Origin: Thermodesulfobacteriota bacterium
Lineage (GTDB): Bacteria > Desulfobacterota_D > UBA1144 > Nemesobacterales > Mycalebacteriaceae
Length of the DNA: 64,000 bases
Assembly: GCA_965226585.1 (NCBI GenBank)
Contig: OZ245366.1
Coordinates: forward strand, 1,216,001-1,280,000
Direction of reading: 5' to 3'
The position numbers and the translations under genes are program-made. Positions 55,040 through 64,000 of this stretch are shown here, piece after piece. The stretch's first letter is position 1. Each line of letters begins with the position of its first letter. Under the pieces are notes generated by a model. That model saw only the letters and a program-made list of their open reading frames with translations. It ran no database searches and was not told where the DNA came from.

Positions 55040-55623
55040 TCTTTCTTCTCTTTGTTGTCCTTATCTGCGGAAGAGTCAGCCGGCGGCGTTTCCGCTTTGG
55101 TTTCCTGCTCTGTCTCCGCCTTCGCTTCTTTCGCTTCTTCTTGCGCCTCCGCCGCTTTGTTTTCTTCCGCCTTCTCGTCTTTCGGCGGCGGCGCGGGAAG
55201 GTTTGATTTGCGCGGTGTTTTCTCGCGTGCGGACGGTTTGTATTCTTCCGCTACCAGTTCTATCCGCGAAACGGGTGCTTGGTCGCCCCTGCGGAATCCG
55301 AGGCTCACTATCCTTGAGTATCCGCCCGGACGCTGTTTGTATCTTTCCGCTATCTCGGTGAAAACCTTGCGCGCGACCTGCTTGTCTGTGATACAGCCGA
55401 ATATGCGTCTTTTGTAGGAAAGCCCGTCGCCCGCCGCGCTATCTTTCGCGCCGTTTTTGGCGATGGTGATGATTTTGTCCGCGAAACGTTTGAGTTCTTT
55501 GGCTTTTACGTCAGTCGTCTGTATTTTCTCGTGACGGAACAACTCTGTGGCGAGGTTTCTTAACATCGCCTTTCTGTGCTTGGTCGTTACGCCAAGTTTT
55601 CTTCCCAGTCTTCTGTTTCTCAT
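55036..55623 (-). CDS. rplQ: 50S ribosomal protein L17 with long charged C-terminal extension
   Basis: RKLG..HRKAMLRNL, RPGGYSRI, RRGDQAP. Confidence 0.96.
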   Translation of the reverse strand: MRNRRLGRKLGVTTKHRKAMLRNLATELFRHEKIQTTDVKAKELKRFADKIITIAKNGAKDSAAGDGLSYKRRIFGCITDKQVARKVFTEIAERYKQRPGGYSRIVSLGFRRGDQAPVSRIELVAEEYKPSAREKTPRKSNLPAPPPKDEKAEENKAAEAQEEAKEAKAETEQETKAETPPADSSADKDNKEKKE

Positions 55624-55652
55624 TTCTCAAACTTCCCGTATCCCTGACAGTT

Positions 55653-56681
55653 TTATGACTTGGCTACGCTTTCCCTCTTTCTGTCGTAAATCTCGCGGTT
55701 GATTTTCATGTCAAGAGACATGGACGGCGAGAGTGTTTTGAGTTTCGCGCGCACATCGTCAAGGGAACTTTTGCCAAAACTCGGAAGGTTGAGCAGTTCG
55801 CCTTCGGTTTTCTGAATCAGGTCGCCGACAAACTCTATCTGCGCCCCCATCAGGCAGTTGAGCGAACGGACGGAGAAATCCACCTCGTCAAGCGGGGTGA
55901 ACAGAATGTCTTCATCACCCTTTACGGTGTATGCCTCTTCGGTCTCCTCCTCCTGATCCTGTTTCTGGTCGTCAAAGTTGATGAACTTCTCAAGTTGGTG
56001 GTTGATTATCTTCGCCGCGTACGCGAGCGCGTCTTCGGAAAGCACCGAACCCTTTGTCCACATCTCTATCACGAGGTTTTCGTAGTCGGTTTTCCTGCCG
56101 ACACGCGCGTTTTTGATTGTGTAGTTCACCTTCGTAACCGGAGAGAAGAACGCGTCTATCGGAAGGTATTCCTCGCCCATTGAACGCGGGTTTTCCCTTT
56201 CCTCAACGGGCTGATAGCCCCTGCCGGTTTCAATGACAAGACTCATCTCAACCTTCGTTTTGTCCGACACGGTTGCTATGAAGTGGTCGCCGTTTAGAAC
56301 CTCAACCTTGTCGGTTGATTTTATGTCCGCCGCCGTTATCTCGCCGGGACCCTGAAAAACAAGGTCAAGCACCTGCGGTTCTGCGGTTGTCGCCTTGAAG
56401 TTGACACCTTTGAAGTTGATGAGGATTTCCGTAACATCCTCCACAACTCCCGATATTGAGGTGAATTCGTGAAGAATGCCCTCTATCTTTACCGCCGTGA
56501 TGGCGGGACCTTGCAGTGATGAGAGAAGAACTCGTCTGAGCGCGTTTCCCACCGTAACGCCGTAACCCCTTTCCAGCGGCTCAAAGCTGAACTTTGAGTA
56601 GAAAGGTGTAGCCGTCTTTTCGTCCTTTTGAACCTTTTTAGGTCTTACAAGTGTCGTCCAGTTATTTTGAAAATCTTTCAA
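55653..56681 (-). CDS. rpoA: RNA polymerase alpha subunit
   Basis: EPLERGYGVTVGNALRRVLLSS, GVVEDV, SVRSLNCL. Confidence 0.98.
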   Translation of the reverse strand: MKDFQNNWTTLVRPKKVQKDEKTATPFYSKFSFEPLERGYGVTVGNALRRVLLSSLQGPAITAVKIEGILHEFTSISGVVEDVTEILINFKGVNFKATTAEPQVLDLVFQGPGEITAADIKSTDKVEVLNGDHFIATVSDKTKVEMSLVIETGRGYQPVEERENPRSMGEEYLPIDAFFSPVTKVNYTIKNARVGRKTDYENLVIEMWTKGSVLSEDALAYAAKIINHQLEKFINFDDQKQDQEEETEEAYTVKGDEDILFTPLDEVDFSVRSLNCLMGAQIEFVGDLIQKTEGELLNLPSFGKSSLDDVRAKLKTLSPSMSLDMKINREIYDRKRESVAKS

Positions 56682-56741
56682 ATTCAGCCCTCCGCTTCAA
56701 TTCCTCTAAAATTCGCCCGCTCTTTTGAACGGGACTTTTCA

Positions 56742-57374
56742 TTAAACCCTTGAGTAGAATTCAACAATCAGGTTCTCGCTAATCGGAACCTGAACGTCTT
56801 CCCTCTCGGGCCTCCTGCTTACCGTTCCCTTGTATTTCTCCCTGTCCAGATTCAGCCACGCGGGAATGCCCTTCTTTTCGGAAACCCCCAGAGATTTGTT
56901 TATGCTCGGCATTTGTCTGCTCCGCTCCCGTATCTCCACAATACTGTCAGGCTGAACCCTGTATGACGCGACATCCACGCGGCTGCCGTCAACGGTGATG
57001 TGTCCAAGGTTCACAAGTTGGCGAGCTTCGTTGCGCGATGAGGCAAATCCGAGCCGGAACACAACGTTGTCAAGCCGCGTTTCTATGATGGAAAGAAGCA
57101 GGGAGCCGGTTACGCCCCTTGTTCTCACCGCTTCGCGGAAGTAAATCTTGAACTGCCTCTCCGTTACGCCGTAAATCCTTCTGGCTTTCTGTTTTTCCCT
57201 CAAACGCAGACCGTATTCCGTAACCCTTCTGCGTATCCTCTTGCCCTGCATTCCGGGCGGATACGGCTTTCTCTCAATGGCGCACTTGCTCGTAAGGCAT
57301 CTTTCGCCCTTGAGGAAAAGCTTTTCGCCTTCCCGCCTGCAAAGTTTGCAAACTGCTCCCGTGTATCTTGACAT
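56742..57374 (-). CDS. rpsD: 30S ribosomal protein S4
   Basis: CKLCRREG, LREKQK, ETRLDNVVFRLG, IVEFYSR. Confidence 0.98.
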   Translation of the reverse strand: MSRYTGAVCKLCRREGEKLFLKGERCLTSKCAIERKPYPPGMQGKRIRRRVTEYGLRLREKQKARRIYGVTERQFKIYFREAVRTRGVTGSLLLSIIETRLDNVVFRLGFASSRNEARQLVNLGHITVDGSRVDVASYRVQPDSIVEIRERSRQMPSINKSLGVSEKKGIPAWLNLDREKYKGTVSRRPEREDVQVPISENLIVEFYSRV

Positions 57375-57392
57375 ATCTTTTTTGTCTCCCGC

Positions 57393-57776
57393 CTATACCC
57401 TTCTCTTGCCCGGAGGTCTGCATCCGTTGTGGGGAATCGGGGTAACGTCTCTAATTGAGGCGACCCTTATGCCCGCCGTCTGGATTGACCTTATCGCGGA
57501 CTCTCTTCCGGGTCCGGGTCCTCTCACGTAAACGCGGGCGGTTTTCATTCCCGAACCGATTGCCCTTTTCGCAACATCTTCGGCGGCTATCTGAGCCGCA
57601 AACGGTGTTCCCTTCCTCGTGCCCTTGAAGCCTCTCGCGCCGCCGCTTGACCACGCGATAACATCTCCCTGAGGGTCTGATATTGTGATAATCGTGTTGC
57701 TGAAAGTGGCGTGTATGTTTATCACGCCGTCTTCAACAGATCTTTTTATCTTCTTTTTTGTTTTCTTTTTAGCCAT
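57393..57776 (-). CDS. rpsK: 30S ribosomal protein S11
   Basis: [27 protein letters not shown]. Confidence 0.98.
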   Translation of the reverse strand: MAKKKTKKKIKRSVEDGVINIHATFSNTIITISDPQGDVIAWSSGGARGFKGTRKGTPFAAQIAAEDVAKRAIGSGMKTARVYVRGPGPGRESAIRSIQTAGIRVASIRDVTPIPHNGCRPPGKRRV

Positions 57777-57795
57777 TGTTAACTAATCCCGTTTC

Positions 57796-58176
57796 CTATT
57801 TGCCAACCTTCTTCTTCTTCGCTATCGCCGTGCCGCGCGGACCTTTTCTGGTTCTCGCGTTCGCCTTTGTTTTCTGCCCGCGAACGGGAAGCCCGGTGCG
57901 ATGCCGGACGCCTCTGTAACAGCCAATCTCCACAAGGCGTTTGATGTTCATCTGCACATCTTTGCGGAGGTCTCCCTCAACAACGCAGTTTTGTTCTATA
58001 AAAAGCCGTATGTTCGTTACTTCCTTTTCGTCCAGATCTTTCGCCCTTTTTGTCGGGTCTATGTTGAGCGATTTCACTATTCCGGCGGCGGTAGTTCTGC
58101 CTATCCCGAATATGTAAGTCAGGGAAAACTCCACCCTCTTGTTCAGGGGAATGTCAACGCCGGCTATTCTGGGCAT
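57796..58176 (-). CDS. rpsM: 30S ribosomal protein S13
   Basis: [32 protein letters not shown]. Confidence 0.98.
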   Translation of the reverse strand: MPRIAGVDIPLNKRVEFSLTYIFGIGRTTAAGIVKSLNIDPTKRAKDLDEKEVTNIRLFIEQNCVVEGDLRKDVQMNIKRLVEIGCYRGVRHRTGLPVRGQKTKANARTRKGPRGTAIAKKKKVGK

Positions 58177-58183
58177 ATCCCGT

Positions 58184-58297
58184 TCACCCCTGCCTCTGCT
58201 TGCAACGCTTGTTGACGCAGATGACCCTCACAACTCCTCTGCGTTTTATAAGCCTGCATTTGTTGCAAATTTTCTTTACCGATGACCTTACTTTCAA
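58184..58297 (-). CDS. rpmJ: 50S ribosomal protein L36 (not in ORF track)
   Basis: Manual translation from [40 protein letters not shown]. Confidence 0.95.
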   Translation of the reverse strand: MKVRSSVKKICNKCRLIKRRGVVRVICVNKRCKQRQG

Positions 58298-58536
58298 TTT
58301 ACTCTCTCCGGTCTCATTCTGTACGTAATCCTGCCCCTTGAAAGGTCGTAGGGCGATATCTCAATCTTTACCTTGTCTCCGGGAACTATTCTCACAAACC
58401 TCGATCTTGCCCTTCTCATTTTACCTGAAACATAGGCAAGCACACGCGAACCGTTTTGCATCTCAACCCTGAACATCGCGTTGGGCAATGCCTCAACAAC
58501 CGTTCCTTCAAACTCTACCGCGTCATTCTTTCCCAT
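58294..58536 (-). CDS. infA: Translation initiation factor IF-1
   Basis: [38 protein letters not shown]. Confidence 0.97.
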   Translation of the reverse strand: MGKNDAVEFEGTVVEALPNAMFRVEMQNGSRVLAYVSGKMRRARSRFVRIVPGDKVKIEISPYDLSRGRITYRMRPERVN

Positions 58537-58558
58537 AAATATCTCTTTCCGTTCCCTC

Positions 58559-59332
58559 TCAGTTAAACATCGTCAGCACTTCGGGACCGTTTTCCGTGAT
58601 GGCGACTGTGTGCTCAAAATGAACGGACATTTTACCATCACTTGTAACAACAGTCCAATTATCCGGCAAAGTTTTTACATCGGGAGACCCCTCGTTCACC
58701 ATCGGCTCTATCGCGAGAGCCATACCGGGACGCAAAAGCGCGCCGCCTGAACCGTCTCCTCCGGGCGGAACAAAGTTGGGAACCTGCGGCTCTTCGTGAA
58801 GTTTTTTCCCTATGCCGTGACCCACAAAAGCCTTGACGACAGAAAAACCGTTTTTTTCCACATGGCTCTGTATCGCCCCCGATATGCCGTAAAGACGGGC
58901 GGATGGGCGCGCCTTTTCTATGCCTCTCTCAAGCGACTCTTTTGCGATTTTCATTAGACGCTCTCTGCCCGGAGCAACGCGCCCGACCGGAACGGTGATG
59001 GCGGAATCTCCGTGAAACCCTTTTACAACCGCACCGAAATCCATTCCCACTATGTCGCCCTCTTTAAGAACCCTGTCTTTTGACGGTATGCCGTGAACAA
59101 CCTCTTCGTTGACGGCAACGCACACCGAGCACGGAAAGTTCATATACCCTTTGAACGCGGGACGCGCCGACCGTTTTTCGGCAATCTCTTCAGCAACGCG
59201 GTTGAGTTCCCACGTGGAAACACCGTCTCTCGCGGTTTCGCTCAATGTTTCAAGAACCTCTGAAACAACAGCCGCCGCCGCTTTCATGCCATCCAGTTTC
59301 TCTTTTATCTCGCTTGACGTCATCTTCTTCAC
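58559..59332 (-). CDS. map: Methionine aminopeptidase type I
   Basis: [38 protein letters not shown]. Confidence 0.96.
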   Translation of the reverse strand: MKKMTSSEIKEKLDGMKAAAAVVSEVLETLSETARDGVSTWELNRVAEEIAEKRSARPAFKGYMNFPCSVCVAVNEEVVHGIPSKDRVLKEGDIVGMDFGAVVKGFHGDSAITVPVGRVAPGRERLMKIAKESLERGIEKARPSARLYGISGAIQSHVEKNGFSVVKAFVGHGIGKKLHEEPQVPNFVPPGGDGSGGALLRPGMALAIEPMVNEGSPDVKTLPDNWTVVTSDGKMSVHFEHTVAITENGPEVLTMFN

Positions 59333-59892
59333 AGCAAGGAAACCACCGAGTCTATCCTCCCCCTGACTTCCTCAATCGCGCCGGTTCCGTCTATGCCGTG
59401 AAAAACCCCTCTGGATTTGTAGTAATCGGCAAGCGGAAGGGTCTGCTCGCGGTACACGTCAAGACGTTTGCGGATAACGGATTCGTTGTCGTCTGTCCGC
59501 CCCTCAATCTCCGCCCTTTTCAAAAGCCGCTCAACCACCTCGCTCTCGTTCACTTCAAGAGAGATAACGGCTGAAATCTTCATTCCCTGTTTTTCAAGCA
59601 TCTCGTCAAGGGCGCACGCCTGCGCGGTGGTTCGCGGAAAACCGTCAAGAAGAAAACCCCCGCCGCCAAGCGCGTCCGTTTTCTGCCTGATAATCTCTAT
59701 CACCACCTCATCGGGAACCAGTTTGCCCTCGTCCATATAAGTTTTCGCCATAAGCCCCGTTTCGGTTTCGTTTTTGACCGCCTCCCTCAGAAGGTCGCCC
59801 GTTGATATGTGCGCCGTGCCGCGGGCACTCACTATGAAATCCGCCTGTGTTCCTTTTCCCGCTCCCGGCGGTCCGAATATTATCAGATTCAT
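59329..59892 (-). CDS. adk: Adenylate kinase (short-LID type)
   Basis: Real start MNLIIFGPPGAGKGTQA at 59892; HISTGDLLR, LDGFPRT, RAEIEGRTDDN. Confidence 0.95.
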   Translation of the reverse strand: MNLIIFGPPGAGKGTQADFIVSARGTAHISTGDLLREAVKNETETGLMAKTYMDEGKLVPDEVVIEIIRQKTDALGGGGFLLDGFPRTTAQACALDEMLEKQGMKISAVISLEVNESEVVERLLKRAEIEGRTDDNESVIRKRLDVYREQTLPLADYYKSRGVFHGIDGTGAIEEVRGRIDSVVSLL

Positions 59893-59917
59893 TTTCCGTC
59901 CTCTCCCGTGTTTTTTC

Positions 59918-61237
59918 TTAGAAACGTCTCCTGCGGCGTCCGGCTTGCGCTCCGCCCCGGCTGCCTCCCGCCCCTGAAAACGATTCGTAGTTGCGTGTGA
60001 TGACAAACGACTGAACCCTCTGCATAAAATCAAGCGTTACCCCGATGATAATCAGAAGCGAAGTGCCGCCGAAGTAGAAAGGCAGATTGAACGGGTCTCT
60101 CTGGAGAAAGCTGGGAAGCACGCAGACGGCAACAAGGTATATGGAACCGATAAGCGTTATCCTGTTGAGAATTGTGCCAATGTATTCCGTTGTTTTCGCG
60201 CCCGGTCTGATGCCCGGAATGTTCGCGCCGCTGTTTTTTACGTTGTCTGAAAGGTCTGCGGGGTCATACACGATGCCGGTGTAGAAAAACGAGAAAAACA
60301 CTATCAGCACCGCAAACACTATGTTGTAGAAAAGAGGATTCTGAAGAACGCCCTCTGAAAGAGTTCTGACAAGCGGGTTGTCCGTTACCACAAGCAGGGT
60401 GGCGGGGAATATCAGCAGAGACGAAGCGAATATGGGCGGAATAACCCCGGACGGGTTTATCTTGAGCGGAAGGTGGGTCGCCTGTCCCTCCATCATCTTT
60501 CTGCCCACAACCTTTCGCGGATGCTGAATTGGAATCTTCCTTGAAGCCGTCTCAACAAAAACGATAACACCCATGACGATTATAAGAAAAACCGCTATTA
60601 AAAGCATTCCAAGCGCGGTTATATCGCCGCCCTGCACAAGCCGCCCCATGTTCCACAGCGCGCCCGGAGTTCCGGCAAGTATGGACATTGTGATTATCAG
60701 CGAAACGCCGTTGCCAACCCCTTTTTCCGATATCTGCTCTCCGAGCCACATAACAAGCATGGAGCCGGACGTGAGCGTCAATATCGCGCTCAGGCGGAAG
60801 CCGAGCCCCGGAGTTTCGGAAGCGCCGCCTTCAAGGGCGAGAGTCAGAACAGTCGCCTGAATAATGGATATCGGCACAGTTCCGTAGCGGGAATACTGGT
60901 TTATCTTCCTTCTGCCCGCCTGACCCTCCTCTTTCTGCATCGCTTCAAGCGAGGGAATCGCCTTCACCATAAGAGACATCAGAATTGAAGATGTGATATA
61001 GGGAATAACGCCGAGAGCGAAAATTGACGCCTGTTCAAGAGCGCCGCCCGAAAACATATTAAAAAGGTCGAAAACCGTTCCGCTCGTGCGCTCAAACAGT
61101 TCCGCAACTTGTGTCGGTGAAACCCCCGGAACCGGGATGAAAACCCCCAGTCTGTAGACGAGGATTATAAAAAGGGTGATTAGCAGCCTTTTGTTAAGTT
61201 CGGAAATGCGGGGAGCCGATGAAGAAGCCGCGCTCAT
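59918..61237 (-). CDS. secY: Preprotein translocase subunit SecY
   Basis: SIFALGVIPYITSSI, WLGEQI..GVGNGVSLII, IPGIRPG, GGTSLLI. Confidence 0.98.
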   Translation of the reverse strand: MSAASSSAPRISELNKRLLITLFIILVYRLGVFIPVPGVSPTQVAELFERTSGTVFDLFNMFSGGALEQASIFALGVIPYITSSILMSLMVKAIPSLEAMQKEEGQAGRRKINQYSRYGTVPISIIQATVLTLALEGGASETPGLGFRLSAILTLTSGSMLVMWLGEQISEKGVGNGVSLIITMSILAGTPGALWNMGRLVQGGDITALGMLLIAVFLIIVMGVIVFVETASRKIPIQHPRKVVGRKMMEGQATHLPLKINPSGVIPPIFASSLLIFPATLLVVTDNPLVRTLSEGVLQNPLFYNIVFAVLIVFFSFFYTGIVYDPADLSDNVKNSGANIPGIRPGAKTTEYIGTILNRITLIGSIYLVAVCVLPSFLQRDPFNLPFYFGGTSLLIIIGVTLDFMQRVQSFVITRNYESFSGAGGSRGGAQAGRRRRRF

Positions 61238-61665
61238 ACAAACTCTACCTTGCCTCCGGATTTCTCTATCTTCTCAACGGAAACCCCGCTCGCGGCGTTC
61301 ACCACAAGGATCAGCTTTTTCTTAACCTCTCCGTTTCCGAGAAGTTTTACCGGACGTTTGCCGCTCACAAGGTTCTCTTTGACAAGCGTTTCGGAATCAA
61401 CTGTCGCGCCGTCATCAAAACGTTCAAGCGCGCTCACGTTGACGGTGTCATATACGTTTCTAAATCTGTTTTTGAAGCCCCTTTTCGGAATCCTCATTTT
61501 GAGCGGTGTCTGTCCGCCTTCAAACCAAAGGGAAACGCCTCCGCCCGTTCTGGAGCCCTGCCCCTTCTGCCCGCGCCCCGAAGTTTTGCCGCGCGAACCC
61601 GCGCCCCTGCCGACTCTGCGGCGGGATTTTGCTGAACCTGCTGGTTTGGGAAGTCTGTCTAACAC
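61234..61665 (-). CDS. rplO: 50S ribosomal protein L15
   Basis: RVGRG..GKTSGRGQKGQ, FEGGQTPL..RIPKRGF. Confidence 0.97.
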   Translation of the reverse strand: MLDRLPKPAGSAKSRRRVGRGAGSRGKTSGRGQKGQGSRTGGGVSLWFEGGQTPLKMRIPKRGFKNRFRNVYDTVNVSALERFDDGATVDSETLVKENLVSGKRPVKLLGNGEVKKKLILVVNAASGVSVEKIEKSGGKVEFV

Positions 61666-61676
61666 TGTTTCTACCT

Positions 61677-62234
61677 CTAAACTCTGTAATACGGCGGAAG
61701 GTCAAGGTCTGAAACCTGCCGGTCTCTCTCCGCCGCAATGTCTTCGGGAAGGGAAAGCATGGAAAGCGCCTTCATAACCGCCGCCACAACGTTGATTGGA
61801 TTTCTTGAGCCCACAACTTTGGAAAGTATGTCGTGTATGCCCGCAAGGTCTGCGACCGCACGCACGGCTCCGCCGGAGATAACCCCGGTTCCGGGAGCGG
61901 CGGGCAGAAGCACAACACGGCTTGAAGAACTCTCGCACGTAACCTCGTGCGGTATGGTTGAGCCGCGAAGCGGAATTTTTATCAAGCTTTTGCGCGCCTT
62001 GTCCGTCCCCTTCTTAATCGCGCCCGGAACCTCGTTTGATTTGCCGAGACCATAGCCGACTATGCCATTTCCGTTGCCCACAACCGTCATCGCGGTAAAG
62101 TGGAACCTTTTTCCGCCCTTGGTAACTTTGGCGACACGCCTTATGTCCACAACCTTCTCCTCCAGTTCAAGACCGGCGGGGTCGATGTATTTAGGACTGA
62201 AACCGGAGCCGATTATACTGCTGTTAGAATTCAA
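61677..62234 (-). CDS. rpsE: 30S ribosomal protein S5
   Basis: RRVAKVTKGGKRF, PAAPGTGVISGG; likely TTG start at 62234. Confidence 0.95.
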   Translation of the reverse strand: MNSNSSIIGSGFSPKYIDPAGLELEEKVVDIRRVAKVTKGGKRFHFTAMTVVGNGNGIVGYGLGKSNEVPGAIKKGTDKARKSLIKIPLRGSTIPHEVTCESSSSRVVLLPAAPGTGVISGGAVRAVADLAGIHDILSKVVGSRNPINVVAAVMKALSMLSLPEDIAAERDRQVSDLDLPPYYRV

Positions 62235-62589
62235 CGCCTTTCTCCCTGAGTCCGCTCGCAAGAGATTTAACCCTTCCGTGAAAAGGGTATCCGCCCCTGT
62301 CAAAGACCGCTTTTTTTACGCCCCCGTCAACTGAAATCTGCCCGAGGTACTCTCCAACGGCTTTCGCCTGTTCAACTTTTGAGTCGCTTTCTCCAATGCT
62401 TTTCCGTATTTCAGGCGTAAGCGATGACGCGGCAAACATGGTTTTGCCCTCAACATCGTCAACTATCTGGGCGTATATGTGCCTTGAAGATTTGAAAACG
62501 CATATTCTGGGAATCGCGGCGGTGCCGGATATAACCCTTCTTATCCGCTTGTGCCTTTTGTTTCTGAGGGCTTTTCTGTCTTTCTTCAT
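62224..62589 (-). CDS. rplR: 50S ribosomal protein L18
   Basis: PRICVFKS..HIYAQ, FDRGGYPFHGRV. Confidence 0.97.
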   Translation of the reverse strand: MKKDRKALRNKRHKRIRRVISGTAAIPRICVFKSSRHIYAQIVDDVEGKTMFAASSLTPEIRKSIGESDSKVEQAKAVGEYLGQISVDGGVKKAVFDRGGYPFHGRVKSLASGLREKGVEF

Positions 62590-63131
62590 TTCTTCACCCC
62601 TGACTTTCCAGCCTTGAGAATAATCCTTTCCGTTGAAAGCCGCACTCCCTTGCCTTTGTAGGAGTCCGGTTCGCGCAGTCTGCGTATCTTCGCCGCCGCT
62701 TCGCCGACAACCTGTTTGTCAATCCCTTCAAGAGTAAGTTTTGTTCCACGCGCCTCCACTTTGGCGGTAACGCCTTCAGGAAGCGGAAAGACAACCGGAT
62801 GCGAATAGCCGAGAGACATCTTGAGGGCGTCTTTTCCCGAAAGTTCCGCCTTGTATCCAGTTCCCACTATCTCAAGCGTTCTTGTGAAACCCTCCGTAAC
62901 ACCCTGAACCGAGTTTGCTATGAGCATCCTCACAAGTCCGTGATACGACCTCGCAGACCTCGCGCCATCTGTTTTCACTTTTACGGCTCCGTCTGCGACT
63001 TCAACCTGAACCCCTTGCGGAACGGAAACAGGCAGTTCGCCTTTGGGACCCTTGACGTTCACAAGTCGCCCCGTCTGACTGACGTCCACCTTCTCAGGGA
63101 GAATCACAGGTTTGTTTCCAATTCTTGACAT
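62586..63131 (-). CDS. rplF: 50S ribosomal protein L6
   Basis: MSRIGNKP, KGPKGEL, LGYSHP, PDSYKGKG. Confidence 0.97.
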   Translation of the reverse strand: MSRIGNKPVILPEKVDVSQTGRLVNVKGPKGELPVSVPQGVQVEVADGAVKVKTDGARSARSYHGLVRMLIANSVQGVTEGFTRTLEIVGTGYKAELSGKDALKMSLGYSHPVVFPLPEGVTAKVEARGTKLTLEGIDKQVVGEAAAKIRRLREPDSYKGKGVRLSTERIILKAGKSGVKK

Positions 63132-63136
63132 ATCAA

Positions 63137-63529
63137 TCACACCACCGTGCAGATAACTTCCCCGCCCACGCCGATATTTCTCGCGTTGCGTCCGGTCATT
63201 ATGCCGTTTGAGGTTGAAAGTATAGCCGTTCCTATGCCCGTAACAACACGGGGAATTTCGTCTTTTCCTATGTACACCCTGCCGCTCGGCTTGCTAATTC
63301 TCGTTATCTCTCTGATGCTCGGAACGCCGTCTCCGGAATATTTGAGCGTAACCTTTATCTGACGGGTTACGCCTTCGCCTTCATCCGTGATTTCCGCAAT
63401 GTAGCCCTCTTCCTTGAGAACCCTCGCAATCTCCCGTTTGATGCCGGAGTGGGGAATTGAAACGTCCCCGTGCCGCGCCATAAGGGCGTTTTTAATTCTG
63501 GCAAGCATGTCCGCTATTGGATCAGTCAT
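63137..63529 (-). CDS. rpsH: 30S ribosomal protein S8
   Basis: DPIADMLARIKNA, RISKPS.RVY, STSNGIMT, GGEVIC. Confidence 0.97.
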   Translation of the reverse strand: MTDPIADMLARIKNALMARHGDVSIPHSGIKREIARVLKEEGYIAEITDEGEGVTRQIKVTLKYSGDGVPSIREITRISKPSGRVYIGKDEIPRVVTGIGTAILSTSNGIMTGRNARNIGVGGEVICTVV

Positions 63530-63549
63530 TTTCTTTATTTCCCGGCGGT

Positions 63550-63735
63550 TTAGAAACTCGCCTTTCTCACTCCCACAATTTCACCCCGGCTCGCGAGTTC
63601 CCTGAAACACAGACGGCAGATGCCGAATTTTCTCATAAACGCGCGGGGTCTTCCGCACAGGGAACAGCGGTTGACCTTCCTGACCGCATACTTGGGTTTC
63701 CTCATGGATTTTTCCCAAAGTGATTTTTTAGCCAT
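63550..63735 (-). CDS. rpsN: 30S ribosomal protein S14 (short, zinc-binding type Z)
   Basis: 61 aa, [18 protein letters not shown]. Confidence 0.96.
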   Translation of the reverse strand: MAKKSLWEKSMRKPKYAVRKVNRCSLCGRPRAFMRKFGICRLCFRELASRGEIVGVRKASF

Positions 63736-64000
63736 CTAAGCGTCCTCCCTGGAAAAAGGCACGCCCAGTTCCTCAAGCAGAACTCTTGCCTCGCCGTCGT
63801 TTTCCGTTGTTGTTACAAAAGTTATGTTGAGCCCCTTCACACGCGCAACTTTGCTGTAGTCAATTTCGGGGAATATGATGTGCTCTTTGATTCCGAGCGT
63901 GTAGTTGCCGTTTCCGTCAAACGATTTCTTGTTGACCCCTCTGAAGTCTCTGACTCGCGGAAGCGCGAGATTTACAAGGCGGTCGAAAAATTCGTACATC
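63736..64000 (-). CDS. rplE: 50S ribosomal protein L5 (3' part; truncated by window edge)
   Basis: [26 protein letters not shown]. Confidence 0.96.
   Translation of the reverse strand, partial: MYEFFDRLVNLALPRVRDFRGVNKKSFDGNGNYTLGIKEHIIFPEIDYSKVARVKGLNITFVTTTENDGEARVLLEELGVPFSREDA

Noticed and set aside
59893..60033. Extended N-termini in the ORF track (adk 60033, rpsE 62303, RNase 27968, barrel gene 15354)
   Set aside because: They overlap upstream genes; family-typical starts lie downstream.

Overview
Bacterial chromosomal window. Gene content tentatively suggests a diderm related to Desulfobacterota or Dadabacteria; this is inference only. About 60% of the window is two clusters of paralogous type V (autotransporter-like) surface-protein genes. 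The minus-strand cluster (1-25239) has three giant genes, one running off the left edge and missing from the ORF track, plus two passenger-less beta-barrel genes. The plus-strand cluster (34606-45194) has three genes. Between and after the clusters are tmRNA, rdgB-pyrG-RNase II-family, an FprA-like reductase, ptsP, an alr-hypothetical-mlaEFD-smpB operon, MFS-metF, pdxH/TIGR01777/LLM, and the alpha and spc ribosomal protein operons, which lack rpmD. A 78-bp CGTC-tagged palindromic element occurs in 15 full intergenic copies. It is also embedded in frame at the same position of all three plus-strand autotransporter genes, where its usual TAA stop is absent and where it coincides with a boundary between divergent and near-identical sequence. 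Other highlights are the stand-alone barrel genes, a homopolymer frameshift separating one autotransporter from its start codon, and an aromatic W/F-P hairpin-repeat protein coupled to the MCE transporter.
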